This document shows positions 24,907 to 34,404 of a stretch of DNA of 64,000 nucleotides, piece by piece (the first letter of the stretch is position 1; every line of letters begins with the position of its first letter). A program made the position numbers and the translations under genes. A model generated the notes under the pieces. That model did no database searches and had not been told where the DNA came from. It was given only the letters and a program-made list of their open reading frames with translations. Origin of the DNA: Sulfurimonadaceae bacterium (GTDB taxonomy: Bacteria; Campylobacterota; Campylobacteria; Campylobacterales; Sulfurimonadaceae); NCBI GenBank assembly GCA_041555445.1, contig JBFFKK010000001.1:64418-128417 (forward strand). The letters run 5' to 3'.

Positions 24907-26001
24907 TCAGAGCAGGGAGTCAGCCAGCTCGAAAAAACGGTCGTTTTGTGAAGGTGTACCGATGGTGACACGGATAGCATTCAGACCGTATCCTTTGAGA
25001 TCACGTACGATCATCCCGCGTTCCAGCAGCGCTTGCGCAAGCTCGGAAGCACTTCTTTCGGCATCGAACACCAGGGTGACAAAGTTCGTGAAACTCTCGA
25101 TCACCTGCAGTCTGTGTTTTGCCGCAAAGTCGTTGTAACGGCCCATCTCGTCAAAATTTTTGGCGATGCACTCCTGCACAAAAGGCTCATCGTCAAGGGC
25201 GACCGTTGCCGCCTCTAACGTCAGTGTCGTGATGTTGAACGGCGGACGCAGTTTGTAAAACGCCGTAATGATGTCCGCACGGGCGATGCCGTAACCGACA
25301 CGCATGCCGCCCAGTCCGTACGCTTTGGAGAATGTCCCGAGATAAACGACGTTGTCATAGGCATCGACAAGCTCTTTCGGCGTTACCGATTTGCTCGCAT
25401 CTTTATAACGGGTATACTCCATATAGGCACCGTCGACCACCACAAGGGTCTCGGAATCGATCTTGTCCAAAAACGCTTTCAGTGCATTCGCATCGATGGC
25501 ATCGCCGGTCGGATTGTTCGGTGTACAGATAAAGATGATCTCGGGTCTGTGCTCCAGATAGAGTGCGTAGAACTCGTCAAGATCATGTTCTCTCGATGTT
25601 GTGCGCACGATCTCCGCGCCCACCAGTTTGGCATAGATCTCATACATCGCGAAGGTGATGGAGTTCATCAGGATCTTGGAGCCTTTGGTGGCTTTGGCAT
25701 GGATCGCGAATTCGATCACCTGGTCGCTTCCCGCACCGATGATCAGTTCATTTTCGGCGACGTCAAACTTCCTGGCCAGCGCCGCTTTCAGGTTCATCAT
25801 CGAATCATCCGGGTAGAGGGCCATGTTGCCGATGATCTTGCCGACCGCCGCCTGTACTTTCGGTGAACAGCCGTACGGGTTCTCATTGCTTGCCAACTTG
25901 ACAACGTCTTTGCTCTCTATACCAAAATCGCGAACCACAAGCTCGATCGGCTTGCCCGCTTCATAACTGACGATATCGTCTAAAACCGGATTAAACTTCA
26001 T
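24907..26001 (-). CDS. hisC: histidinol-phosphate aminotransferase
   Basis: 364 aa with LASNENPYG, PNNPTG, GTFSKAYGLGGMRVGY and RVTIG. Confidence 0.9.
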   Translation of the reverse strand: MKFNPVLDDIVSYEAGKPIELVVRDFGIESKDVVKLASNENPYGCSPKVQAAVGKIIGNMALYPDDSMMNLKAALARKFDVAENELIIGAGSDQVIEFAIHAKATKGSKILMNSITFAMYEIYAKLVGAEIVRTTSREHDLDEFYALYLEHRPEIIFICTPNNPTGDAIDANALKAFLDKIDSETLVVVDGAYMEYTRYKDASKSVTPKELVDAYDNVVYLGTFSKAYGLGGMRVGYGIARADIITAFYKLRPPFNITTLTLEAATVALDDEPFVQECIAKNFDEMGRYNDFAAKHRLQVIESFTNFVTLVFDAERSASELAQALLERGMIVRDLKGYGLNAIRVTIGTPSQNDRFFELADSLL

Positions 26002-27080
26002 AACTCCCCTTTTACATAACTGCCAAGGCAGGTGATCTCTTCTTTGTGCTCCTGCACGACCGCTTGGATATTCGCATCGTCAATATGCCCGTAGATATCC
26101 ATAAAGAACCAGTAGGCAAATCCGCTCTCATCGTGGGCAGGACGTGATTCGATCTTGCTCATGTTGATCTCGGCCTTCTCAAAATCACTCAGGAAGTTGA
26201 CCAGCGCACCCGACTTGTCCGCATCTTTCAGGCGGACAAAGAGGGATGTCTTGTCTTCACCGCTCTGCGCATTTCGGAAGTCGCTCAAAATAAAAAAGCG
26301 TGTGGTGTTGTCGTGCACATCTTCGATGTTCTCGAACATTGTCGGTACCCCGTAGAGCTTTGCGGCGATATGGCTGCAGATCGCTGCCGCTTGCGGGTCT
26401 TCCGACGCCAGAATCGCCGCTTTGGCGGTTGACTCGACCGGGATCTGTTCGATGTGCAGCAGTTCATGCAGCTGCAAGAACTCGCGGCACTGGCCGAAAC
26501 CTTTATCTTTTGAGTAGATCCGTTTGATCTCCTTAAAGTGCTCCGCCTTGGTCGCAAAGGCCATATGGATCGGCATATAGAGCTCCGCCACGATCTTGAT
26601 CGGGCTCTTTGCCAGCAGGTCTAACGTCTCGCCGACAATACCGTCGCGCGAGTTCTCGATGGGAACGACACCGAATTTGGCGCGGCCCGACTCGACGGTT
26701 TTGAAAACAGAGTGGATCGAGCCGACGGAGAGGTAGTCGCTCATCGCACCGAAACGCGACTCTGCCGCCTGGTGGGTAAAGCTTCCTTCCGGACCGAGGT
26801 AGGCGATACGTTCCGGCAGTTCAAGATTGCGCGAGACGGCGAAGATCTCTAGATAGAGCGCTTCAATAGCCGCCTTGTTGAGAAGACCGCCGTCAGCTTT
26901 GGATTTGGCACTGAGACGTTCGATGATCGCTTTTTCACGCTCCGGACGGTAGATGGCACCGCCGGTCTCATGTTTGATCTCGCCGACACGTTCAACAACA
27001 CGCATACGCTCATTCAGCAGATCAAGCAGCGCTTCGTCAATACGGTCGATCTCTCTGCGACACTCGTCTAATGTTTTCAT
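25998..27080 (-). CDS. pheA: bifunctional chorismate mutase / prephenate dehydratase
   Basis: 360 aa. The N-terminal CM helix is REIDRIDEALLDLLNERMRVV. The PDT domain has AYLGPEGSFTHQAA and PIENS. A C-terminal ACT domain includes ESRP. Confidence 0.9.
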   Translation of the reverse strand: MKTLDECRREIDRIDEALLDLLNERMRVVERVGEIKHETGGAIYRPEREKAIIERLSAKSKADGGLLNKAAIEALYLEIFAVSRNLELPERIAYLGPEGSFTHQAAESRFGAMSDYLSVGSIHSVFKTVESGRAKFGVVPIENSRDGIVGETLDLLAKSPIKIVAELYMPIHMAFATKAEHFKEIKRIYSKDKGFGQCREFLQLHELLHIEQIPVESTAKAAILASEDPQAAAICSHIAAKLYGVPTMFENIEDVHDNTTRFFILSDFRNAQSGEDKTSLFVRLKDADKSGALVNFLSDFEKAEINMSKIESRPAHDESGFAYWFFMDIYGHIDDANIQAVVQEHKEEITCLGSYVKGEL

Positions 27081-27856
27081 ATCTTCTCTCCCACTTCCAT
27101 CATGTCGGCACAGATCAACTCTGGTCGCTGTGCCGGTGCTAACATCGGAATAATCTCATCTGCACTCTTGTATTTTCCGCTCAGCACAAAGAGCGTCCGC
27201 ATGCCCAACGCTTTCGCACCGACAAGGTCACCGGTGACATCATCACTGATTATGGTGATTTTATCAAAACTTGCCTCATTTTCTTGCATCTGCAGCTTCT
27301 GCAGGGCACTTTCGTAAAAAAGCCGGCTCGGTTTACCGACCACGTCATACCCAACCGACGTTGCAAAGCTGAGCATCTTCAGGATGGCACCGACACCCGG
27401 ATAACGTTTTTCATCTTTGGCGTATAGCGATGTCTCGTGCATTCCGACCAAACGCGCCCCCTGCAGAAGAAACTCTATCATCTGAGCATACTCTTCGCTC
27501 TCAAAATGCTGTTTGATACCGATAACCACCGCCTCGGGCGTTTGAAAGTCAAGCCGGTACCCCAATCTCACAAGCTGCTCCAAGAATGTATCCGATCCGT
27601 ATGCGGCGATGCCGCTGCCGATTTTTATCTTTGCGGGCAGCAGCAGCAAGGGATCCAGGTAGTGGGCCTCATCGATGGCGAAGCCCAGTTCATTGAGGTA
27701 GCCTCTAAACGCTTGTGAACCCTCTTTTGTGTTGTTTGTAATGATCATATAGGGGGTTTTATTACGGTTGAGCCGGGCGATGAACTCAACCGCCCCGCGG
27801 ATAGGCTGACGATCTCTGTCGTCGATCAATGTCCCTTGAACATCAATAAAGTACAT
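27077..27856 (-). CDS. HAD-IIA family hydrolase (NagD-like)
   Basis: 259 aa. The N-terminal DVQGTL (DxxGT nucleophile motif), TNNT, and C-terminal ISDDVTGDLVGAK are typical of the HAD-IIA subfamily. Confidence 0.8.
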   Translation of the reverse strand: MYFIDVQGTLIDDRDRQPIRGAVEFIARLNRNKTPYMIITNNTKEGSQAFRGYLNELGFAIDEAHYLDPLLLLPAKIKIGSGIAAYGSDTFLEQLVRLGYRLDFQTPEAVVIGIKQHFESEEYAQMIEFLLQGARLVGMHETSLYAKDEKRYPGVGAILKMLSFATSVGYDVVGKPSRLFYESALQKLQMQENEASFDKITIISDDVTGDLVGAKALGMRTLFVLSGKYKSADEIIPMLAPAQRPELICADMMEVGEKI

Positions 27857-27859
27857 CTC

Positions 27860-29065
27860 TCAGTCCAAAAACTCTTTTTCAAGCGCGATCAGGTCCTCAA
27901 AGGTCTCACGACGACGGATAAGACGGTCTTCTCCGCCCTCTACGGCAACCTCTGCCGAACGCCCTCTTGTGTTGTAGTTGCTTCCCATACCGAAACCGTA
28001 GGCTCCGGCGCTGTGCACGACGAGAAGATCGTCATGCTCAAGTGCCGGCAGTGCATAGTCCTTGGCCAGGAAATCACCGCTTTCACAGACCGGTCCGACG
28101 ACGTCCGCTTTGCTTGTCTCACCCTCTTTGCCGACCGCTTCGACAAAGTGATAGGCGTTATAGAGGCTCGGGCGGATCAGATCGTTCATCGCCCCGTCGA
28201 CAATGACAAAACGTTTGTCATCGTTCTTCTTCTCATACATCACCTTCGTCAGGAAGTAACCGGCATTCGCGGTCAGGAAACGTCCCGGTTCACCGACGAC
28301 CGTAATGTCAAGCCCGGTCAGTGTTCCGAGTATTGCCTGTCCGTAGTCGTACGGATCGATCGTCGTCTCGGCATCATACTTGATCCCGAGCCCGCCGCCG
28401 ACGTCGAAGAACTTGAGGTCGATGTCAATCGCCTGCAGCGAACGGACAAGATCGGCTACGATCTCGCTCGCTTCGCGGATAGGGTCAAGTTCCGTCAGCT
28501 GTGATCCGATGTGCGAGTGGATGCCGACCGGGTCAAGATGTTCCGAATTTTTCGCCCGGATATACATCCGTTTCGCCGTGTTGATGTCCACACCGAACTT
28601 GTTCGCATGGAGCCCTGTCGAGATGTAAGGGTGTGTCTTCGGATCGATATTCGGGTTGACGCGGATGCTGATACGCACCTGAGCGTTCATCTCTTTGGCG
28701 ATCGTCTCGACACGATCCAGCTCACCGTCACTCTCGAGGTTGATGTAGAGGATATCGCGTTCGATCGCTTCACGGATCTCCTCATCGCCTTTGCCCACGC
28801 CTGAAAAGATGATCTTGTATTTTGGTATGCCGGCCAGAAAAGCACGGCGCACTTCACCGATAGAGACACAATCCGCCCCGGCACCCAGTTTGGCAAAATG
28901 GCGCACGACACTCAGGTTTGAATTGGCTTTGACCGCATACGCCAATATCGCCTTACGCCCTTTGAAAGCACTTTTCAGCGATTCGTACTGCTGTGTCATA
29001 TGATCGAGATCATACACATAAAGTGGGGTTTTATATTTGTTTGCTAATGCTTTAAAGTCCATCAC
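27860..29065 (-). CDS. lysA: diaminopimelate decarboxylase
   Basis: 401 aa with YAVKANSN (PLP Lys), HSHIGSQ, DVGGGLG, EPGR, CESGD and SAGAYG. Confidence 0.95.
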   Translation of the reverse strand: MMDFKALANKYKTPLYVYDLDHMTQQYESLKSAFKGRKAILAYAVKANSNLSVVRHFAKLGAGADCVSIGEVRRAFLAGIPKYKIIFSGVGKGDEEIREAIERDILYINLESDGELDRVETIAKEMNAQVRISIRVNPNIDPKTHPYISTGLHANKFGVDINTAKRMYIRAKNSEHLDPVGIHSHIGSQLTELDPIREASEIVADLVRSLQAIDIDLKFFDVGGGLGIKYDAETTIDPYDYGQAILGTLTGLDITVVGEPGRFLTANAGYFLTKVMYEKKNDDKRFVIVDGAMNDLIRPSLYNAYHFVEAVGKEGETSKADVVGPVCESGDFLAKDYALPALEHDDLLVVHSAGAYGFGMGSNYNTRGRSAEVAVEGGEDRLIRRRETFEDLIALEKEFLD

Positions 29066-29161
29066 TATCTTTCCTTACAGAGGCATTTAATTGCTGGAAT
29101 ATTAGCAAAATGGTGCTTATGAAGAGCTCGAATCGGTTGTGAAAAAGTGGGGTGAGCCGAT

Positions 29162-30268
29162 TTACGGAAGAGGTTTTCTTTTCCCCGGCGTCGAATAGCG
29201 GCGCCACTGCCATATCGCCCCTATAAAAAGCAGGACGATAGGCAGTACGATCCCGACTTCACTCGGTATCGCTTTGTTGAACGCCAGTTCGGACATGACA
29301 AAGAGGGTCGTCCAGCTGACGAGTGATGCCAGAATGGCCCCGAAACTAAAAAGCGTGATGTTCAAAAAGCGCTGTGAGATCGGGACAAAGAAGAAGATGA
29401 TGATCACCATGCTCGGAACAAAAAACGGGCTGAGAAAGGTCTTGTACAGGGCACTCTTGATCCGGTCTATGTTGACATTCTGTTCGTTTAACAAGAAGAG
29501 TGCATCGACGGCATCCATAATGGTGTAGTTGACTTTGCCCTCATAGACCTGGTCGAGTATCTTCGGCTTAAACCCTTTCAAGATCGACAGGTTCTCGCGT
29601 TCATCGATACTGATACCCCGGCCGTCGAACGATATAATGTCCGGTTTTTTCAAGAGGTCTGCTTTGGGGACATGCCAGCTCTCATCGGCGTAATAGGCAC
29701 TTTTGGCGATCACGACCTCATTCAGGTCACTCCCCTCCATCTTGAAGATCCGTATATCGGTTGCACGCTGCTGCAGCGGGTAGAGATGGCCGAAAAAGAC
29801 ATATTGGTTTTCAAACGTAAAAAAAAGATTGGAGGTCGGCTGAATGTAGCTGGAGTGTTTTTTGATCCCGCTGGCAAACTCTTCGGCCCTCGCAAACGGT
29901 GCCGTCGCGTGCAGTGCGATATAGAAAAAGACAACGACAATGGAGACAACGACAAAGGGTTTAAGAATGTCGTTTTTTGAGTAGCCGATGGAGTAGAATG
30001 CGACCAGCGCATTTGAACGGATCAGCAGTACCTTTGTCGAGATCATCCCAAAGACAAGCGAAAGCGGCAGCAGCATGTCGATGGCATAGAAGGTTCTGTA
30101 GACAAGATAGACGATAACGAGGTTGGCAGAGTCAGGAAGCTTCGGTGCGGCGTCCATATAGTCAAGGCCGACCATAAAGAGCGTGAGCGCCGACAGAATA
30201 ATCAGCGCATATTTGATGTAATGAAAAGCGATATACCGAAAAGCTAGCACAGTAAAATCCCTTTGCAT
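29162..30268 (-). CDS. LptF/LptG family LPS export permease (YjgP/YjgQ)
   Basis: 368 aa. Three N-terminal TM helices, a periplasmic beta-jellyroll-sized insert, then three C-terminal TM helices. It sits at the position of Cj0313 in the conserved block. Confidence 0.8.
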   Translation of the reverse strand: MQRDFTVLAFRYIAFHYIKYALIILSALTLFMVGLDYMDAAPKLPDSANLVIVYLVYRTFYAIDMLLPLSLVFGMISTKVLLIRSNALVAFYSIGYSKNDILKPFVVVSIVVVFFYIALHATAPFARAEEFASGIKKHSSYIQPTSNLFFTFENQYVFFGHLYPLQQRATDIRIFKMEGSDLNEVVIAKSAYYADESWHVPKADLLKKPDIISFDGRGISIDERENLSILKGFKPKILDQVYEGKVNYTIMDAVDALFLLNEQNVNIDRIKSALYKTFLSPFFVPSMVIIIFFFVPISQRFLNITLFSFGAILASLVSWTTLFVMSELAFNKAIPSEVGIVLPIVLLFIGAIWQWRRYSTPGKRKPLP

Positions 30269-30319
30269 ATAGATGATTCTAGATTTTACCCAATCTTGGT
30301 AAAGAGCGCCCTTATTGAC

Positions 30320-30913
30320 TTACTCTCCGTCGGAAAAAACAATAGGTTTATTGGCTTTGTTGGGTACTTTTTTGATCGAGTACTTCGACGCGACGTCTTC
30401 CCAGGACGGGGTTTTCCAAAGAGCCTCGATGGCATCGGCTGCCTGTGCGATCTGTGCTTTGAGCTGCTCTTGCTGGCTCTCGTCGTATTTGCCGAGAACA
30501 AAACCGGTGACCTCGCCTTTATGCTCCGGACGGCCGATACCCATCCGGACGCGCACATACTCTTTTCCGATCAGAGCATCTGTCGACTTGAGACCGTTGT
30601 GGCCACCGTGCCCTCCCCCGATCTTAAAGCGGAGTGCGCCGAAAGGGAGGTCAAGGTCATCATGGATCACAATAACGTCATCAATTTTAAAAAACTTTTT
30701 TACAGCGGCGACTGAACGGCCGGAAAGGTTCATAAAAGTGGTGGGTTTGAGTAAAAAATGCTCTTTGATCTTGAAAAGTTCGCCTTCGAATGCGGCTTTG
30801 TTTATGGTGTCATGGGCGTGACGGGAAAGAAGTTCATCTATGACCATAAACCCGACGTTGTGCCGGGTCTCGGCATAGGCCGAACCGGGATTACCTAGTC
30901 CGACGATAAGCAA
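30320..30913 (-). CDS. pth: peptidyl-tRNA hydrolase
   Basis: MLIVGLGNPG..Y..TRHNVGF, and GGHGGHNGLKS. Confidence 0.95.
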   Translation of the reverse strand: MLIVGLGNPGSAYAETRHNVGFMVIDELLSRHAHDTINKAAFEGELFKIKEHFLLKPTTFMNLSGRSVAAVKKFFKIDDVIVIHDDLDLPFGALRFKIGGGHGGHNGLKSTDALIGKEYVRVRMGIGRPEHKGEVTGFVLGKYDESQQEQLKAQIAQAADAIEALWKTPSWEDVASKYSIKKVPNKANKPIVFSDGE

Positions 30914-30915
30914 AA

Positions 30916-31452
30916 TTACTTCGCTTTGATAACGCTCAGTACACCGACACGGTCAGCATCGACAAATGTTACATTTTCGATAGCGTCAAGGTCACGTACA
31001 AGTACAGAGTCACCAAGGTCAAGGTTCTCAACATTGACAACGATTGATTTTGGAAGTGCTTCCGGTGCTGCTTTAACGGCAAGACGCGGCTTGGCAACGT
31101 ACAACATACCCTTGTTTTTAAGACCGATCGGTGAACCGACAGGCTCAACCGGTACATGGTACTTAGCAACAACACCCGATTGTGCTACCATCAGGTCAAC
31201 ATGAAGAAGGTTTCCTGTTACTGCGTGAGACTCATAGCCCTGTACAACAACATTCAACTCTTTGCCATCCAATTTGATCGGGAATGCCAAAGTCTCTTTA
31301 TTACGAACAGTACGGATATATTCATTCATTTTGAATGCAGCATTGATGTTCTCAAGGCCTTTTCCGTAAATATTCGCAATTAGATAACCATCACGGCGCA
31401 GTGCTTTTGTACCACGTTTACCGATACTCTCTCTAATAATACCTTCTAACAT
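30916..31452 (-). CDS. rplY: 50S ribosomal protein L25 / general stress protein Ctc
   Basis: 178 aa. RESIGKRGTKALRRDGYLIANIYGKG and HVDL. It lies immediately upstream of pth, as in many bacteria. Confidence 0.9.
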   Translation of the reverse strand: MLEGIIRESIGKRGTKALRRDGYLIANIYGKGLENINAAFKMNEYIRTVRNKETLAFPIKLDGKELNVVVQGYESHAVTGNLLHVDLMVAQSGVVAKYHVPVEPVGSPIGLKNKGMLYVAKPRLAVKAAPEALPKSIVVNVENLDLGDSVLVRDLDAIENVTFVDADRVGVLSVIKAK

Positions 31453-31656
31453 AGTTAGTCCTTTAAATAAAATAGGCCGGATTATACTGAAAATATTTTA
31501 AAAAAAAGGTTAAGTGGATCACCTAACTCTCTCTGAAGGCGCACGAAACCGAAAGAAGCAAAGTGTCAAAGCAAGATGTTGCCGGGCTAAACACGGCAAC
31601 AATAGCTGACGACGCCCGAAGGCGCAGTATCTGTATGTTGCAGTAAAGAAGAGACG

Positions 31657-32844
31657 CTACTGTTTGATCTGGAAAATCTCATCTTCCTCAAAGGCCTTCT
31701 CGTTTTCGCCACTCTTAGGCGAAGCCGAGATCTTACCACCCATACCTTCCATCTTAAGTTTAAGATCCGACGGCGAGGTCGCATAGTTGAAGGCCTGTTC
31801 AGTCGAGATGATCTTTTGTCGCCAAAGGTCCAGAAGGTGTTGGTCAAAACTTTGTGAACCGTAGATCTCGCGTCCCTCTTCAATGGCATCGCGAATCTCA
31901 ACGTCACGGCTTTCCAGGATAAGCTGTGCAATGTACGGTGTCTTGACCATCACTTCAAGTGCTGCCGCACGTTTTTCATCGATGGTCGGAACAAGACGCT
32001 GTGAGATAACCCCCTGAAGGACCGATGCCAACGAAAGGCGGATACGCGGCTGCTCTTCCGTCGGGAAACTTGAGACAATACGGTTGATCGTCTCTTTGGC
32101 ATCCAGGGTGTGCAGTGTCGAGAAGACCAGGTGACCCGAGTCAGACGCGTGAAGCGCCGTTTCAATCGTTTCACGGTCACGCATCTCACCGACCAGGATA
32201 ATATCCGGATCCTCACGAAGGGCAGCACGAAGCGCGTTGGCAAAACTGAACGTATCCTGGCCGACACTGCGCTGGTTGACAACACACTTTCGATCTTTAT
32301 GGACAAATTCGATCGGGTCTTCGACCGTGATGATATGCTTGCGTTTGTTCCAGTTGATCTCATTGACCATCGCCGCCAATGTGGTGGACTTACCCGAACC
32401 GGTTACACCGGTTACGAGGATCATACCACGTTCGATCTGCGTGAATTTTCTAAGAATAGCCGGTAGTCCCAGCTCCTCGAGAGAGAGGATCTTTACGGGG
32501 ATAACACGGAAGACCGCCGAGACGCCCTCCATCTGAAAAAAGATGTTGACACGAAAACGGGTGTGCTCATCATACGGGTAGACGAGGTCAAGCTCTTTTT
32601 TCTCAACAAACTCCGGAAAACGTGTACGCAACAGCTCTTTGGCAAATGTCAGTGCATCTTCTTTTGAGAGGATGTCACCTGAAAGCGGCACGATCTCACC
32701 TTGAATACGGGCACGAACAACCGCATTGGCTTTAATGTGAAGGTCAGACCCCTTTGTATCGATCATACGTTTAAGATAACCGCGGATCTTCTCCAGGGTC
32801 TCAAAGGTTAACGAACTAACATCTATTTCTACTGGACTTGCCAT
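31657..32844 (-). CDS. pilT: PilT-family twitching-motility/secretion ATPase
   Basis: 395 aa with SDLHI, Walker A GVTGSGKSTT, ITVEDPIEF, Asp box/Walker B ILVGEMRD, and His box TLHT. Confidence 0.85.
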   Translation of the reverse strand: MASPVEIDVSSLTFETLEKIRGYLKRMIDTKGSDLHIKANAVVRARIQGEIVPLSGDILSKEDALTFAKELLRTRFPEFVEKKELDLVYPYDEHTRFRVNIFFQMEGVSAVFRVIPVKILSLEELGLPAILRKFTQIERGMILVTGVTGSGKSTTLAAMVNEINWNKRKHIITVEDPIEFVHKDRKCVVNQRSVGQDTFSFANALRAALREDPDIILVGEMRDRETIETALHASDSGHLVFSTLHTLDAKETINRIVSSFPTEEQPRIRLSLASVLQGVISQRLVPTIDEKRAAALEVMVKTPYIAQLILESRDVEIRDAIEEGREIYGSQSFDQHLLDLWRQKIISTEQAFNYATSPSDLKLKMEGMGGKISASPKSGENEKAFEEDEIFQIKQ

Positions 32845-32847
32845 ACT

Positions 32848-33831
32848 TTACTCCAATTCACTTAAAATTTCTCGAAATGCCTCTTTAAAGGCGTCTAAAC
32901 CATCATCTATCTGCTTGGCAACAACCGCATCGAAATCAATGCCTGCATCAGCTATCTTCTTGAAATGCGCATCGATGATCGTAGCATCCACTGGTAATTT
33001 TACCATTTTATCGCCACCTTTTACAAAAGCGTCGATCGTCTCCACCGGTGCCGTGTTGACAGCGTGTGCCGCCAACAGTTCATCGATGTAGTATGAGGGA
33101 CGAAGGTCATCGCCCTTTACCCCCGTCGATGCAAAAAGTGTTCGACATCGGTCGACCCCTTTGGCTTCGATAGCACTGTAGATCGCAGCCGCATTGTAGT
33201 TGCCCGTCAATGCCGGGGCGATCCCCTTCTCTGCGAGTTCTGCATCCAGAGCCCGGTCGCTCCGGCTGACAAAGACACTGATCACCGTGTCAACACTCGT
33301 ACCACCCGCCTTTTGTCCGCTTTCAAAGGCCTCGGCACACTACAATGCCTGCTCTTTTGAAAAGATCAGCGTTGCATTGACGGGAATGCCTTCAGCTACC
33401 AGTGCCGTCATCGCGCCATAACCTGCCTCCGTTGCCGGCACCTTGATCATGACGTTGGGACGGTCTATCGTCCTGTGCAGACGGAGACCCTCTTCGATCG
33501 TTCCCGCCGTATCATCGCAAAGCATCGGATCGACTTCGATACTGACATAACCGTCATCGCCTGCATCATAGAGCGGACGCAAGATATCCGCCGCCTTTTG
33601 AATGTCAAAGATCGCGAGTGCTTCGTATTTTTCTTTGGCCCCCAGGCCATCGAGCTCCGCCAGCTGTCGTTTGTAGGCGGGCGATGTCAGGATCGCACTT
33701 TTGAAAATCGCGGGATTGGAGGTTGCCCCGTTGATGATCCCGTTTTCGATCAATGTTTTAAACGCGTTATCGAGATAATCGCGTTCTATAAAGTCTGCCC
33801 ATAATGCAAACTTTTCGTCTTTTAAGTACAT
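32848..33831 (-). pseudogene. tal: transaldolase interrupted by a single in-frame TAG (33342-33340)
   Basis: The two track ORFs (33340-33885 and 32848-33285) are in the same frame. Read-through gives ...VNATLIFSKEQAL*CAEAFESGQKAGGTSVDTVISVFVSRSDRALD..., one continuous ~327-aa transaldolase (GATSNPAIF, GYVSIEVDP, MIKVPAT Schiff-base Lys, SVFVSR). The likely start is ATG 33831 (AGGAA upstream). Confidence 0.8.
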
Positions 33832-33967
33832 CTGTATTCCTGCGTAATTTATATCGGGAATTATTATAACCCAAAGATATTGCAAAGCGATTAAGAGACT
33901 GCACTATTTATGAGCGATTGCGACCTTTCTGTTACACTTCACTTGTAATACAGCGTATGCAGCGGTA

Positions 33968-34396
33968 CTACTGCTTCGAAAACCGTAAGAGGCTCTCTCC
34001 GTTGGCGCGCAGTTCAAGCCCGCCTTTATCATCGATCGCATAGTTGTCGACACGAACAAGCCGCTGAAGGAACTCTCTTTCAAGAGCCATCTGAGGACAG
34101 GCCATCATCGTCGACATCCCCTCTTTAAAACGAATCTCAGAACCTTCTGTCGTGTAGCTTCCGAAGATCTGATTGCAGCCCCCTTTTCCGCTGTAACGTG
34201 CATCCTTAAAGGTCAGATAGGCGTTTTCCGGCACGGCCATGCGCGTCAAACCGAAACCGACCAGTTTCCATTGGACCCCTTCGAGTTGCTGCGAGGAGCG
34301 TTCAGCCACCCTATCTTGATCTGCTACAGGCGATGACGTATTGCAGCCTGAAAATAACAGGGCAAACACCAAAATGAAAAAACCGCTTTTATACAT
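33968..34396 (-). CDS. META-domain (HslJ-like) lipoprotein
   Basis: 142 aa with lipobox LLFSGC. The META motif is GGCNQIFGSYTTEGSEIRFKEGMSTMMACPQ...EREFLQRL. It begins 8 nt after the upstream KS gene. Confidence 0.75.
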   Translation of the reverse strand: MYKSGFFILVFALLFSGCNTSSPVADQDRVAERSSQQLEGVQWKLVGFGLTRMAVPENAYLTFKDARYSGKGGCNQIFGSYTTEGSEIRFKEGMSTMMACPQMALEREFLQRLVRVDNYAIDDKGGLELRANGESLLRFSKQ

Positions 34397-34404
34397 AAGG
34401 TCTC

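Noticed and set aside
31657-32844. pilT as evidence for a type IV pilus gene cluster
   Set aside because: No pilB/pilC/pilM-Q or pilin genes are adjacent. It is an isolated PilT-family ATPase between tal and ctc.
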